Shown here one piece after another: positions 12,550 through 26,554 of a stretch of DNA of 64,000 nucleotides. The notes beneath the pieces were generated by a model. That model was not told the origin of the DNA, searched no databases, and saw only the letters and a program-made list of their open reading frames with translations. Origin of the DNA: Eledone cirrhosa (lineage: Eukaryota); NCBI GenBank assembly GCA_964016885.1, contig OZ024742.1:248248001-248312000 (forward strand). Direction: 5' to 3'. The translations under genes were made by a program, and so were the position numbers. Positions within the stretch are counted from its first letter, which is position 1. Every line of letters starts with the position of its first letter.

Positions 12550-13356
12550 TGACGAAGAGAGACTGTCTACCTCTTGTTTGTGTTTCCTTCCCTTCTAACA
12601 CCCGTTATCAGTAACCACACAGCCTCTCCTCTCATCCATAGTTTTGATATTTACTGCTGTGACCTTCGCTCCCTCCTCTCTACCTATCTCACTCGATTCG
12701 CTGTTCCTGGCGGATTCATATCGCGCCACACCTTTCGATCAACTCCTTCCCTTTCTCTCCATTTGCCTCTCGCTCTCTCTTTAACTCTCTTTCCCCTTCT
12801 CTCTCTTCCTTTCTCTTTATCGATCTCACTTGCTTGTCAGTCCACGTGCGTCATACACCCGTTAGGATTATCTCCCTTTCCCGCCTCCTCCCCCTCTCTT
12901 TCTCTATCCCGTTCACTCACTCCCTCTCGCTTCAGTTTCCTCCGTCTTTTTCTGTTTATGCTGCACTTTCGCTGAGGACAGACGTGGAATACCTAGCTGC
13001 GTTATTATGGCCCCGGGTTTAAACCCAACAGTTTTTTTAAAACTTGATTTCCATTCTCTCTGTGACATGCTTACATGTACCATTGTCACGCGTTCCCACT
13101 GCTATCGGTATGTTTATTATTTTTACTTTTTTCTTCCTTTTTTCTCCTGCCTTTCTTCTTTTCTTTCTCTCCCTCGTGGCTTTTTGATAGATAAAAGGTT
13201 ATGGGCGTGCTATGGATAGTTGCATAGCTTGTAATGCGCCGAAACATCCGTGAACCGCAGTAAACTGCTGACAAAGAGAGACTGTCCATCTCTTGTTTGT
13301 TTCTCCTTACCTTCTAACACCCGTTATCAATAACAACACAGTCCCTCCTCTCATCC

Positions 13357-13363
<7 letters not shown>
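12550..13363. repeat. About 810-bp element between (TA)n tracts with about 95-bp direct terminal repeats (12550-12645, 13269-13363)
   Basis: Both ends read gagagactgtc..ctcttgtttg...ccttctaacacccgttatca.taac.acacag...cctctcatccata. Confidence 0.8.
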
Positions 13364-13431
<68 letters not shown>

Positions 13432-13559
13432 CTCTTTTATATATCTAACACTCTCTACCTCACTCTGGTAGAAATTGACTGCATTCAGACCTCCCGAAAA
13501 TGGAACGGACGTTTCAAGGTTTAAAATTACCAAAGTAAGCTGTCTCACTGCGACACGCT

Positions 13560-14000
13560 AACGATTATATCAGATTTTGCACGCCCTTTTATAGATGAAT
13601 CAATCAATGAATTTCCCATAATTGGCGGAGCTAGTCGTTCGGATCCCACTCTAGATGCTTTATCTTGTGTCTATCATGGGCCTTAGAAATTCTTGGCAGG
13701 GCTCATCTCTCCAAGCATCTAATCCTTCAGGTGTTTTATCCCGCCACAATAAGCAGTTCTCGTTGTGTGGCAGAAATATGTATCGGAGCAAAAAATTAGA
13801 GGCGGGAGACAAATGGTGTGTGCGCCAATCCTTCGGGATGTAGTTGTCAAATATCAAGGTATTCTCTCTAATCGAACACCAGTTTTGAGATAATATTTCT
13901 CCAATCATGGATAACGGTACGACCTATATTGTAATAACGTTTCTTCACTGCCCTCTGTTTTCTATGGAACATTACATAACACTAAAATTATAGGACTCAA
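13560..14000 (-). mobile_element. Highly decayed non-LTR RT N-terminal fragment (R4-like)
   Basis: NWCSIRENTLIFDNYIPKDWRTHHL resembles W...GRT.LIPK...P.NWRPITCL. Confidence 0.4.
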
Positions 14001-15563
14001 TCAAAGCGATGGAGTATTACAATCATAAGCGGATGAGACAAAATCCATTGTCCTGTGACGTTATTGTGCTTTACGGTCTAAGTTTAATACACTTTCTGAT
14101 CAATTTTGCTTTTTTATGCTTGTCGATGGAATTTATGGCCAGCAGTATAGTGAGTCATATTCCATTCATAAATATTAGGTAGATATTGGCTCAGGCTACC
14201 AACAGACGGAATTGAGGATCGTTATTCTGGAGGATAACTAGAGTGATGCAATAAAGGAGCCAATCAAATTCGTAGCGTTTGTTCTTTTAGATGGTCATCT
14301 CTGCCTCGATTTCAGTAAGCTGGGTATATATTTTGAGACAAATGATCCAAAATGAATACACCACTATGGCTTCGACAAGAAACCAGTGTATCACGAATAG
14401 CTTGTTCTTGTCGTTGGTTTTATGACCAAGGACGTCAGATGTTTCAGCTGTTATGTTATTATGGTAACTGATATAGGTTATCCTCTTAGTGCAAATATAA
14501 TCTCCGATATTATCAGCAATTACGATATTGGCAATGTAATCTAATGTAAGTAACTCATTTAAATAATATATATCTCTTGTAATACAACTTATCATATACA
14601 CTGCCTTGATACCTACTATGAGATTTCTCTCTAATACTTTTATTACCATAAAACTGAAACAAACAACCATCCTTTCTCCCTTGTGGTTTCCTGTGATTTA
14701 TTTTCATTTCATTTGCATCGTTTTCCATATTTCCCCTATTCAAAACTAAATTACCTGTGTCTATGTTGTGGATTTGTCTTCTTTCTTTATTTTATTATGT
14801 CTAACACATTTACTTTTCTTGCCTCATACGTAAAAAATATATTAACCACATATAATACAATAGTCGCTAATATACAATAATATCGCTTACGTGTTTACTG
14901 CATACAAAGAGAATAACATAGTGTGTTTACGTTTGTTTCATTTCTGCAATGTGAGTCATATTTACAAACTGTAGTTATACGTGTATTAAATATATTGTCT
15001 TAGATTTTCTAATTTCCCTTGTGTTGTAAATAAATATCCATTATTTAATTAACAATATCAGGGAAATAATGCATATCTATCCTAAGCATTACAGTAAATC
15101 TCTTATTCCTGTTATTGTTTTACGACGTAAATGCTAGTTTGCTGTCGATTCTCATCCCAGGTGAAGGATAATGGTACTTGTCATCTGTTGAATAAACAAA
15201 TAGTTGTTATACATGTCGAAACAATATCTTATATTGTTCTGTGAACAGGGAAAATAAAAAAAAAAAAAAAAAACTTTAGCAATGAAAGTATATTTACCAC
15301 AAGCGTTGAAATCGGAAATTGAAATGTTTTGATTATATAACTGAATGCTCATTCACGCTCTCAAACTCTATTGTCAAATCACCACCTTTATTAATATCGT
15401 TAATAAATATTGATCGGAATTATTCCACCGTGTACCAAATGGGCCAGCAATGAATAACACTCTGTTGAGGAATTTGTCATTTTCCAATGCATGCTAAATA
15501 TTTCTCTATAATTCATCATATACAGATTATACCCAATATATTAATATCACAGATCTTCTTAAA

Positions 15564-15874
15564 CAGGGGTTTGCAACAGGCGGTTCGTGGGCCACAATCT
15601 GGCCCGCCGGACCTGTCAGAGTTGCCCGCGTTTTTAACTTTTACCTTATATGCTTACATAGAATTTGTTCGTAACCGTAATACATTTTTCTGTTAGTTGA
15701 CCTATGTTAAAGGGCTTCACTGATAGGGTTATGTGTGTTATAATTTCCCAGTTCCATGTTATGGAAAGAAGTTGTGGTGAATCTTTGGAATAGTGCTTAA
15801 TAAATATTAATGGGCCTAATAGCTGTTCCAGTGTTCAAAGGTAGCATGCCGATGGAATATGTTGCACACCCCTG
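15564..15874. mobile_element. hAT-type MITE
   Basis: 14-bp TIR CAGGGGT(T/G)TGCAAC at both ends; 8-bp TSD ttcttaaa/ttctaaaa; subterminal GGCCCGC motif. Confidence 0.8.
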
Positions 15875-16104
15875 TTCTAAAATTATCTCTTATATCTCAA
15901 CTACTAAAATCTAACCATGATTTCTACGTCGTAATTTCACGCACAAGATTATGTTTGGCGTCGCCATATGTATTACGTCCTACGAGAATATTACACAATT
16001 TCACAACATTTTTTTAATGTATGTTAAATATCTTTAATTTCCTATAATAGGATAGCTCTTCTCTAACTAGTCAGATATCAGATTTACTTTTACTTTTGTT
16101 CGTT

Positions 16105-16287
16105 AGAGCGTCGGACAACATGCATTGTGGCCATTTTTGATCTGAGTTCAATTCCCGCCGAGGTTAACTTTTCCATTCATCCTTACTGGATCAATAAAAT
16201 AAAGTACTAGTCACGCACTGGAGTCAATTTAATCGACTTTCCCTTCCCTCAAAACTGGTGGCCTTGTGCCTATCTAAGAAAACATTG
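16105..16287 (+). mobile_element. tRNA-derived SINE (older subfamily)
   Basis: Diverged B-box and central domain; longer 3' segment shared with 36806 and 43133. Confidence 0.8.
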
Positions 16288-16576
16288 TAAGAATCATATT
16301 ATTGTTATACTTATTATTCCCAGTAATAAGGATGTTCTGTGCATTGTAGATTTATTTGAAATAAAAACCCAACTTTATGGCCCAGTCCGTTCCATGTGTA
16401 TGTGTCTTTGTGTATGTTTGTCCGAATATGTGTGTCTGTGTGTGTGTGTGCGTATATGCCTGAGTTATTGTTGGAATCATTACAACATGGTTCTTGTCTA
16501 TATAAAATATAAACATCAAACTTGTCTATATAAAATATAAACTCCCATATGCATGTATAATCAATATCAGCCATAT

Positions 16577-16657
<81 letters not shown>

Positions 16658-16789
16658 TAATGTATTCTGAGCTTTTCGAATATTAATAATAACAGTCGAT
16701 TCGTTTGCAATTATGCAAACAAGCCTCAGTTTATTAGCCATGTCAGTAGAATGAACCCTTCATTATTGCTCTTTGTAGATGTACATGTA

Positions 16790-16873
<84 letters not shown>

Positions 16874-17325
16874 CTTATCACTATATAATGAATCCCATGC
16901 ACAAACATATTGATATGTTCACAATGGCGACAAACACATTTAATGTTTGGCAATATGGCCGTCTTCCACATGATTCTTTGTAACAAGTGGTCAATCAATT
17001 CTTATTCTCAAACCATATATAGAATCGTTAGCTACACCTTTCTATAGAAATTCGTATACTTATAAACCTCTGCTATTCAAATATTCTGCCAGGTGAATCA
17101 TTAAGATACGTATGAGAATCAAAATTCTGAAATTGCATTTTCCGTGATATTTGGGATTCCAATTCTAATATTGGACAGTTAAATGCAAAATAGTCCCTTT
17201 ATCGGCTACATTAATAGACCTTTCGTGTAAAAGAGGTTAAAAGTTGACCGTGAATGTGTACAATGGAAGCAGAATACAATAGTGTAACCGCAACAGCCTC
17301 CTATGTTCCTCTCCTCAAACAACGA

Positions 17326-17432
<107 letters not shown>

Positions 17433-17787
17433 TTACTACTACAGAAGCTTTTGATGTTGTTTTTATTATAATACAAATGTATCATTGATCTCAACTTCAT
17501 TATATAACTGGTAGCCTTTTGACAGCTAATTTACTCTTTGTAATTCTGCTACTTTTCAGTTAATAGATATAAATTATTATTACCGAGCCAGTGTTACGTA
17601 AAGACTATACGTTTTGTGTTCAAATGCTACTTAGATTAATTTGCCGTTTGTTTTTCAAAGGACAGTAGAATAATGTATCAGTGGAATGGTCATGTGTGTC
17701 AGAAATTATTGTTTTTATATTATTATCATTATTATCGTTGGTATTGTTGTTGTTGTAGTTGTTGTTGTTAGTGATACACCAAAACTA

Positions 17788-17890
17788 AATAATTGTTTCT
17801 ACTTTAGGCACAAGGCCAGCATTTACCCAGTGCATTACTGGTACTTTATTTTATCGACCCCGTAAGGATGAAAGGCAAAGTCAACCTCGA
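17788..17890 (-). mobile_element. 5'-truncated SINE (main family)
   Basis: Matches the 3' half of 3231-3420. Confidence 0.85.
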
Positions 17891-18399
17891 TGGAGGTGTG
17901 TAACCCCTACTCCTCTACATTCAGTGAGGAAAATAATATGGCCCGGTGGCAGACATGTCCAAAATCGAGTAAGAGCTTGCAGCTTAGCGACAATAAATTA
18001 TCTCCTGTGAGTACGTGACGATCCTCTTATATTTGCGGCGCTTAAGAATGAATTATATCTCTCCATGCAAAAAATGTAAAACAGGCATGACGTTGGAGGT
18101 CCAGGGCAATGGCCAACCACCAAAGAAAACCAACATCCCAGATTATCTCCAGTTGTAGAACTGCGACAAAATCAGAGATATATTAGAGGGTTGAGATGTG
18201 ATATAAGCAGTATCATAAGTCCTTTTGTCCCATGGAGAGCGCGAGTGAGACGAATTAGAAATGTTCCTTCCAACCACTTCTATAAATGAAGCCCAAAGTG
18301 AATGCGGAAACCCCTTTTATGCGACCAATAAATAAGCACATCACAAAAACAGGCATACTAAAAGAAAAACTGGTTGGACAACTGATACCAGTTCTTTCA

Positions 18400-20250
18400 T
18401 TCGAAAAACGCAACACGCAATACAAATTTTAGAGGGCCGTTTAATGAGTCGGTCAAGAGGAAGTCCAGTATGACAACAATGTCTGGGTTTGATCTCTGAC
18501 GGACAAAAGCGGAAGAAATCTGTACAAATTTCCTAGTTTTCCAGCTGCACATTCTAGTGAACTTCACGTAGAGTGATGAAATGGAGGCAAGGCAATGGCA
18601 TACCCACTTCGTCGGTTTACCGTGACCCTCAACAAGGGAGTCAGTGTGCTGTGAGAAAGTGACCGCGCTATATGAAGTGGCCGACAAACTGAGTCACTGT
18701 GAAGGAAACCAATACCCAGCTTTATGTTCATTACTACGAGCTCTATTTTAACATTCCAGAATTGATCACTACTTTCCTGACAGACAACAAGGCCAGCTCT
18801 CAGCAAAGAGCATCTCCAGTTGAGTGATCAGAAAATTAGGGACATCGATCAAGGGAGACGTAATACAAAACGCCAGGTCCGTTTTACTGCTGAGCCCAGT
18901 GTTTAAACCTTTAACACATGTGCTCGCCAATTAGGTGGCACTTGTTTTCAGTAGCCTAGTCGGGACATGCAGGCATAAGTAATCCCTCACATATCTCAAT
19001 CGACAACTCGACTTTTAGGACAGCTCGAGATTTGCCCTTTATTTTGACTGGGTTTACCATCTGTAGCTTGACGACGTCCTAATGACAGTCGGTTTCGGTC
19101 CTGTTTTCTGAGGCAGGATTGCTGAAATCTACAGCGACATAGGTTCACTGGTGAAACTAAGCTGTCTTCCTAGCTCCTCCATATGTTGGTCCTAGACCCG
19201 CCGTCGAAGATAATGGAATCTCTGAATTGCATTTCACTTGAACTGGGTCACAATAAAACAGTGAGTGCCTATCTATACAGATAACTACACCTTCATGGTG
19301 CAGGGCACATTGAATGGGCTTCATACTAGAGGAATACCGGGTGACGGCCATACACAGAAGCCAGGCTAAATACTTGGGCTTAGAACTCGCCTTGTGGAAA
19401 GGCAAGGCCATGTTGCCCGACGGGAATTTTTGTTCCTGGATCGACAGCCCGCTTAGAATGATTGGAGTTCTTGTTTAACCCGTACTTCCAGGCGGAGAAG
19501 AATTTGGAAGACCGTGAAGAGGGCCGTCGCCTGACTAAAAGCTCGCCTGATAGAAATCTTTTCCTGAAATACCTGGGGCAAGTGGCGAACCCCTACATTA
19601 TCAATGCTTCTTTACCACTTGGTAACTGTGACATGTTCCATGGGACATATGACCAGCTTGAAGTGCATATTCTTTCGTATCTTGACTAATAAGGAAATTC
19701 ATCAGCTGTCAACATCCATTCTCTCTAGACCTCGAAATACCATCGTTGAATATGCGTTGACTCTCCTGTACATATGCCTCAACTCGCACAACTATGAAGG
19801 CACCGACCAACCGACCATATACACATTTCGTTAACTACATTTCCCCACAACTCGTACCATTATAGAATTTGCTCTCCTGAGTAAAGTGCAAATTAAGAGT
19901 AAATGGATGGCAGCTACAATTCAACAAATCATACACAGCACACTACCGCATGACGAGAAAAGGTCACTTTCTTTCGATGGTTAATAGAGAATATACAACG
20001 ATAGCTCAGGAATTGCTGAGTATATCGATGAGAAAACTTCGAGTCAGTGATCAGGACAATTTCCAAAAGTGCTTTTCCGAGGAAATCTCTATAGGCAATT
20101 GAGTGCGAATACCCGAACCATATATAGATGCACCCATGTCGACGAAACCAACTTAAACGGTATCGTTGAGTGCCTGGGCATTAAAGATTTGTTGTAGAGG
20201 TAGAAATTATGTGTGGGGGACATGTGTGGACAGGACTTTCCTTTCTGGCT
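18400..20250 (-). mobile_element. Decayed Gypsy-like LTR retrotransposon pol (protease-RT-RNase H)
   Basis: FVDMGASI (DTG-like protease, about 20125-20150), FH....KPKYL (RT, about 19370-19400), TFSQHTD (RNase H, about 18640-18665) in Gypsy order; many frameshifts; no LTRs recognised. Confidence 0.5.
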
Positions 20251-20652
20251 AAGTTGCTATTACCTCGAGATCGATGAGTCTTTGTAACTAGTATTTTTAT
20301 GACACGAAGAAATTACAATAGTACAGGGGGTAGTAATGCCCTTGATTATACAGAAACATCCAGGGTTATTTGTAGGGTTTTCGCCCCGAATTACTTTAGG
20401 TAGTATTCCATACTATTAGGTATTTTTTCCTGTCATATTTATTATATTTGTAATTCGTGTTTTGAATTGTTCCTATTGTTTGGGCCCTTGTGGCCAATGA
20501 ATATAATCATTATTATAATTTTCTTTTGCTGCAGTAGTTACTGTTGTAATTTTCAATTCAATGTCACGGGGTTGTCTCGCAATCAAAAATGTGCCTTCTT
20601 TCCTTACCTTTTATTTCCTCCTTCCTTTTCTCTTTCTTTCTTTCTATATCTT

Positions 20653-20753
<101 letters not shown>

Positions 20754-20780
20754 CTCTCTCTCTTTCTCTCTCTCTCTCTC

Positions 20781-20816
<36 letters not shown>

Positions 20817-22041
20817 TCTCTCTCTCTCTCTCCTTTTTATTTCCTTTCTTTTTACAAAAATAAAAGAACAACGATGAAAATCTAATCGTAATCCTGGCAT
20901 TCTCTACAGCATTGAAACACTTCTAAAAATTATCGCATTTCGGTGTCTTTTGAGGTTACACCGTTCTGCCATCAACTCTCATCAAATGATGCCAGTTACC
21001 AATTTGATGTTCAGAGCCACGTGACATTGGAACAGTCAGGTACAATGTCGCCAAAGTGGAATATTCTGTTCTGAAGGACGGAGTAAAAAAAAAAAAAACG
21101 GTCAGATATTCAATTTTCAAATCTCTTTATAATGCCATCGTTTGCCTGCATTCTGTATTCTAAGACAATCACTTTCGACACTTGCAAGGTAGAAGAAGAT
21201 TTGCTAATAGATAATGTTGGTTAAATTGTTAACTGGCAGCAATTAATGAAATGTTGCATTTGATTTTCCATCAAATCAAAGAATTTAATGGAAAGTTCGA
21301 CAAAAAAAAAATTGTAGTTAACTTTGTGTGAGGAGAGAATATAAAATACTAATTCGACTCATGTTCAGTTTGGGTTTTCATACTTGAGTATTTGCCTTGT
21401 GTTAGCGATAGAATGTGACAGGAATGTCTGAACTGTGGCCTGCCTGAAATGGAAACAATAGTGACTGTTCAGTTTCAAACCCCACTGTACACACTTTAGT
21501 TTTGCTTTATATTTTACGTCTAAGATTTAGACAAATGGTTCCCAATCTTTTATGATTTTCTGAAGATCGTCGAGCTCATGTCGATATTTGCAAACACTGG
21601 TGATTGAACGATACTACATTTCATCAATCAAGGAAGGATTAAAGGAGAATTTGAAATCGGTGGGATTCGAAATTAGAATGTAAAAAGACGTAACCACATT
21701 CTGTAATGCATTACCTCCGTCTCTCTGAAAGATGGTGCAATATACCGCCTAAACCAGATACGCTATTAATGAAAATATGATGTCAGATCAGACAACTACA
21801 ACTCCATGAACAACAGCAGCAACAATAACAGTAACATTAGACATGCAGTACAATTATTATCATATTTAGATACTGTTCATATGTAGATCCAAATCGGTAT
21901 ATTAATAACTAAGAGATATGTATCTGTTATTAATTGATATCACACTCCTATTTATCTATCTTAAAAATCGATCTAGCTACATATTGCTATTGACAATTAC
22001 GATTTTTTTCTGTACTCAACAGCTGCACCCAATAACACTCA

Positions 22042-22209
<168 letters not shown>

Positions 22210-22255
22210 GTATGTATAATAATTGTTTCTACTTACATAATGATAATATATATAT

Positions 22256-22286
<31 letters not shown>

Positions 22287-22345
22287 AAGTCGCACACAAA
22301 TATATAACACATATATGTGAAACATACGCCTATGATAATCATTCG

Positions 22346-22427
<82 letters not shown>

Positions 22428-22734
22428 TATGTCTGTGTGTGTGTGCAAGACAGAGAGTGTGTGTGGTTCGTGCGATTTCTTTACAAATGTGAGGAAATAT
22501 TCCCCATACCAAAACAGAATATATCATATTTTATATCGATAACATTATTCTTTGTTGCTATTCTGAGCTTCGCTGATTTACATTTACGTTGATTAGTGTC
22601 GCGTGTTCAGATGGAAATCGTGAAGATTAGAGTAGGAGTGGGCAATTTCAGTATTATAACATATACAATCTTCCTATATATGCCAATGGTCAGAACAGCT
22701 AGAGTACCACACACACTCAGACACTAATATATAT

Positions 22735-22782
22735 CAGCCTGATTGAGTTGGGGTGCACAACCCAACAAAACGTAAGTACCTG
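22735..22782 (+). ncRNA. Hammerhead motif with expanded core (family H); mirror copy 23314-23360 (-)
   Basis: Two-arm consensus cagg CTGATTGA GTTGGG-gtgcacaa-CCCAAC GAAA CTTAAG TA cctg; each arm carries different decay mutations. Confidence 0.7.
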
Positions 22783-22918
22783 TATATGTCAATGTTGTAA
22801 CTAATATTTAACTCATCCTATGGACTGAGATGTCTTACCCTTGGATATTTCTACCAAACTTATACTACAGTGTATATATATATATATATATGTATATATC
22901 TACCAAACTTATACTACA

Positions 22919-22972
<54 letters not shown>

Positions 22973-23033
22973 CTACCAAATTTATACTACAGTGTATATA
23001 TATATATTTATTTATAAAACTGTTATATATTGT

Positions 23034-23096
23034 ATTTTGTCTCATGAAGGCATACCATAATGTAACTTGGTATCCTTGAAATATATATAATGAAAT
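23034..23096 (+). ncRNA. Hammerhead-like motif (family B subfamily, core CTCATGA)
   Basis: attttgt CTCATGA AGGcATACCA-loop-TGGTATCCTt GAAA TATATA TA atgaaat. Confidence 0.6.
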
Positions 23097-23173
23097 AAAT
23101 ATGGTTTTATAAATATAGTTTCCATTTATTAATATCGTATATATATATATATTTCTACCAGACTTATACTACA

Positions 23174-23223
<50 letters not shown>

Positions 23224-23678
23224 TGTAGTATAAGTTTGGTAGAAATATCCAAGGGTAAGTCAACTCAGTCCATAGGACGAGTTAAATATAATTAGTTACA
23301 ACAGTGACATATACAGTACTTAACTTTCGTTGGGTTGTGCACCCCAAGTCAATCAGCCTGATATATATGTGTGCGCTGAGTATATGGCTAAAACAGCACG
23401 ACGTGCTGTGACCAGCGGCGCCGATTGGCGCCCGAAAGACTGGTCGGTCAAGGTGATCAAGGTGATTTGCTTTTATCCTTCTATGTTGTTCACTTGTCCC
23501 CCTCGCTTTAGGCGAATTACTGGTCCCAATAACTTTTTTTAGTTATTGCGCGCACCAACCTGAAGTATCTGATTTTTAATGCGATGAAATACCAACGATG
23601 GTTGGAAAATCACTGACGAAGGACTATTTTAATCATATGTAACCTATGTGCAACCACGCAGTATTCTTCTTTCTTCTC

Positions 23679-23718
<40 letters not shown>

Positions 23719-23824
23719 TGTGTGTGTGTGTTTGTGTGTGTGTGCGAGTGTGTGCGTGTGCGTGTGCTTTCGAGTGTGTGTGCGTGTGTGTGTGTGTTTA
23801 TAATATGTGTGTATGATTTTAGAG

Positions 23825-24000
23825 AGCGTGAAAGTACTTGGCTTGGTGGTTAAGGTCTTCTGCTCATGACCATAAGGTCGTGATTTCGATTCTACGACAA
23901 GGCCGTGCGTTCTGTCCGTTATAAAGAGAGTTTGCTCAAAACCGCTCATATGTCGAAAATATGTTGTACGGGTATTTTAAGTGGTCAGCCTCGTCATACA
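23825..24000 (+). mobile_element. Old tRNA-derived SINE (second family)
   Basis: TGGCTTGGTGGTTAAGG A-box and decayed B-box ATTTCGATTC. Confidence 0.5.
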
Positions 24001-24288
24001 CCCTTTCATGCTATATGATGTTTATGAGAAATCCGTTACGAGCGCACGTATCTGGGAAAGTCAATCTCGTTGATAAATTCATCTGGAAAACTGATCGTCT
24101 GTGACGACGGAGAACCTCCATATACATAAAGACTATTATTGTGACTATCATTGTAATTATTATTATTTTTATCTTTTGGCTAGATAACTGGAGGATGCAA
24201 CAAATCGAGAACAAAAGTAAACCAAGTCACGTAATTGAACCTAAATACACGCACATACACATATACACACGCACGCGCGTATATATAT

Positions 24289-24354
<66 letters not shown>

Positions 24355-24373
24355 ATGTGTGTGTGTGTGTGTA

Positions 24374-24425
<52 letters not shown>

Positions 24426-24428
24426 TAT

Positions 24429-24488
<60 letters not shown>

Positions 24489-25001
24489 AAGCATATATAT
24501 ATATGCAGATTTATATATATATATATATGTGATCTCTCTGTTTGTATACATGTGTCTATGTATACATATAAAAATGTATGTCTATATGTACTCATGCATA
24601 TATGTATGTATGCATGTATACATATGTATTTATGCATGCACGTAAGCATGTATGCGTGTATATATATGTAAACATGCATGAAGGTTTGTGTGCAGGTGTG
24701 TATAAATAAACTTAACCAACGAAATCAAAAGTTATTTTCCTAATGTTAATCACGAACGACACAAGATGAAGAAAAATAAAACATGTAACCGACACCAATA
24801 AACAGGTAAACAAATACGTAATTCAAATATATTAACTTATTTGCACAGGTAAAAATACACAGGTATATGATCGTTATCTGACACAAATGTTTTGTTGACG
24901 GATTTCAACAGGATATTGATAAATGCTCTCTAATTTGCAGTTGTCTGTCATACACACACGCACACACACATATATATATAAATGTACATGTATATCTGTA
25001 C

Positions 25002-25058
<57 letters not shown>

Positions 25059-25101
25059 CAAATATACATGTATATCTATATATACTAGTTAGTTCACCAT
25101 A

Positions 25102-25141
25102 CCGAAAACAATTGTTTCACCTTCGCGAATCTTCAGCTCGG
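25102..25141 (-). ncRNA. Hammerhead ribozyme motif (family A), sense to the PLE ORF
   Basis: ccgag CTGAAGA ttcgcgaaggt GAAA CAATTG TT ttcgg. Confidence 0.75.
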
Positions 25142-26420
25142 GATGTGTATAGTTATAGGAACAGGAAGGACAACCGTACGAACGCGCATGCGCAGAAACT
25201 CGGTCACTTCACACAGGCAATACTAGACTGCGTGCGAGGGGTGTAAGGAGGATAACTGCGAAAGTCCGGAAAGTTTTGGGGTTGAAAATAAAATTTAAAA
25301 ATTAAAAATAAAATTACAAAGAATCAGTCCGGAGCTTTGTAGTTATGCAATAGATGTCTGGTGACGTGTGGACAACGTGTGAAAAATTCACTTCTCGTGT
25401 TTAGGCAATCACTATTGCGTAATCTCTTTAGGAAAGTTATTCGTTCGTCAATACATTAGCCACACGTCGGATTTCCCCTTGCGTATGGCTTGGACTTAGT
25501 GATGGCTTTCCATTGAATGGAGTACCCTATACTTGAGTTATTGAGAGACCATGCGTGGCTCGCGAGTTTCGTGGATGAACGTCTGTCCGGGTATCTGAAG
25601 GTAGACTGGCGGTTCAGGAAACGCTCCTTGAATCGGCCCTCCACCATGCCCACATGGGATTTGACCTCCTAAGGTCCGTTTGGTCGGTTGGAAGTGACCA
25701 CAGCTTCATAGATTAAAGCTGGTGTGTTGCATTGTTGTTGAAAGGGGTAAGCTTAAGGCTTACGGCAAGAGCACCCTGGTGGGGTGTTACTCCTAGGGCT
25801 GCTGGTGATGTGGGCCTTCATGTTCTTAGCGCAGTAGTATCCTAGTTTAAATTTGTGTCGGTTAAAGATGGAGCAGTATTTATGACCTATGAGGAAGTGT
25901 CTATCTAAGAGGTCTAGACATTTTTTTCCTACATTGGTTTTAACGTTGAGTGAGAAGGGATGAGAGAACCAGGTAGTTTGTCTATTGACGCGCTTACTTT
26001 TCTTAATGGTGTTGTTGCTAGTGGGAGAGTAGGTGATAGGTTGTGAGAAGCCGATGTTAGCCAACGCCGTGTTATAGTAGGGTGCCGCCCTGTCAAAGAT
26101 AGCCTTATTATTGACGAATGAATAACTATCCTAAAGAGATTACGCAATAGTGATTGCCTAAACACGAGAAGTGCATTTTTCACATGTTGTCCACACGTCA
26201 CCAAACATCTATTGCATAACTACAAGGCTCCGGATTGATTCTTTGTAATTTTATTTTTAATTTTTTTATTTTATTTTCAACCCAAAAACTTTCCGGACTT
26301 TCGCAGTTACCTCCCTTACAACCCCCAGACGCAGTCTAGTATTGCCTGTGTGAAGTGACCGAGTTTCTGCGCATGAGCATTCGTACGGTTGTCCTTCCTG
26401 TTCCTATAATCATACACATC

Positions 26421-26460
26421 CCGAGCTGAAGATCCGCGAAGGTGAAACAATTGTTCTCGG
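26421..26460 (+). ncRNA. Hammerhead ribozyme motif (family A)
   Basis: ccgag CTGAAGA tCC-gcgaa-GGt GAAA CAATTG TT ctcgg: perfect stem I, palindromic stem III ACAATTGT. Confidence 0.85.
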
Positions 26461-26554
26461 TATGGTGAACTAACTGTTGTGTAACCACCTCCACCTAACT
26501 CGTCCCTTGGACTGAGTGCTCTACCACTACGGATATTACCTTCCAGTGTTCCAC

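Larger units (their letters stand above)
22728..23368. repeat. Tail-to-tail inverted pLTR pair (family H), arms 22728-22872 and 23221-23368, enclosing reiterated termini and a family B fragment
   Basis: Direct reverse-complement match of about 145 bp with roughly 10% divergence. Confidence 0.85.

Noticed and set aside
16690-16735. CTGAGG...GTTTGCA-taat-TGCAAAC GAAT on the minus strand as a hammerhead
   Set aside because: Core deviates at two positions, stem I does not pair, and family P's real motif is at 2797-2845; this is only a downstream hairpin.
22851-23176. Repeat-spacer pattern resembling a CRISPR array
   Set aside because: Spacers are TA runs or a pLTR fragment, the context is eukaryotic and no cas genes are present.
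23555-23605. ccaac CTGAAGT ATC...GAT GAAA...TG gttgg
   Set aside because: A9 is altered and G sits at the cleavage position; single copy, could be chance or heavy decay.
25330-26107. Selenocysteine (UGA) recoding as reported for some Naiad PLEs
   Set aside because: The interrupting stops seen are TAA/TAG decay mutations, and the endonuclease is C-terminal, unlike Naiads.
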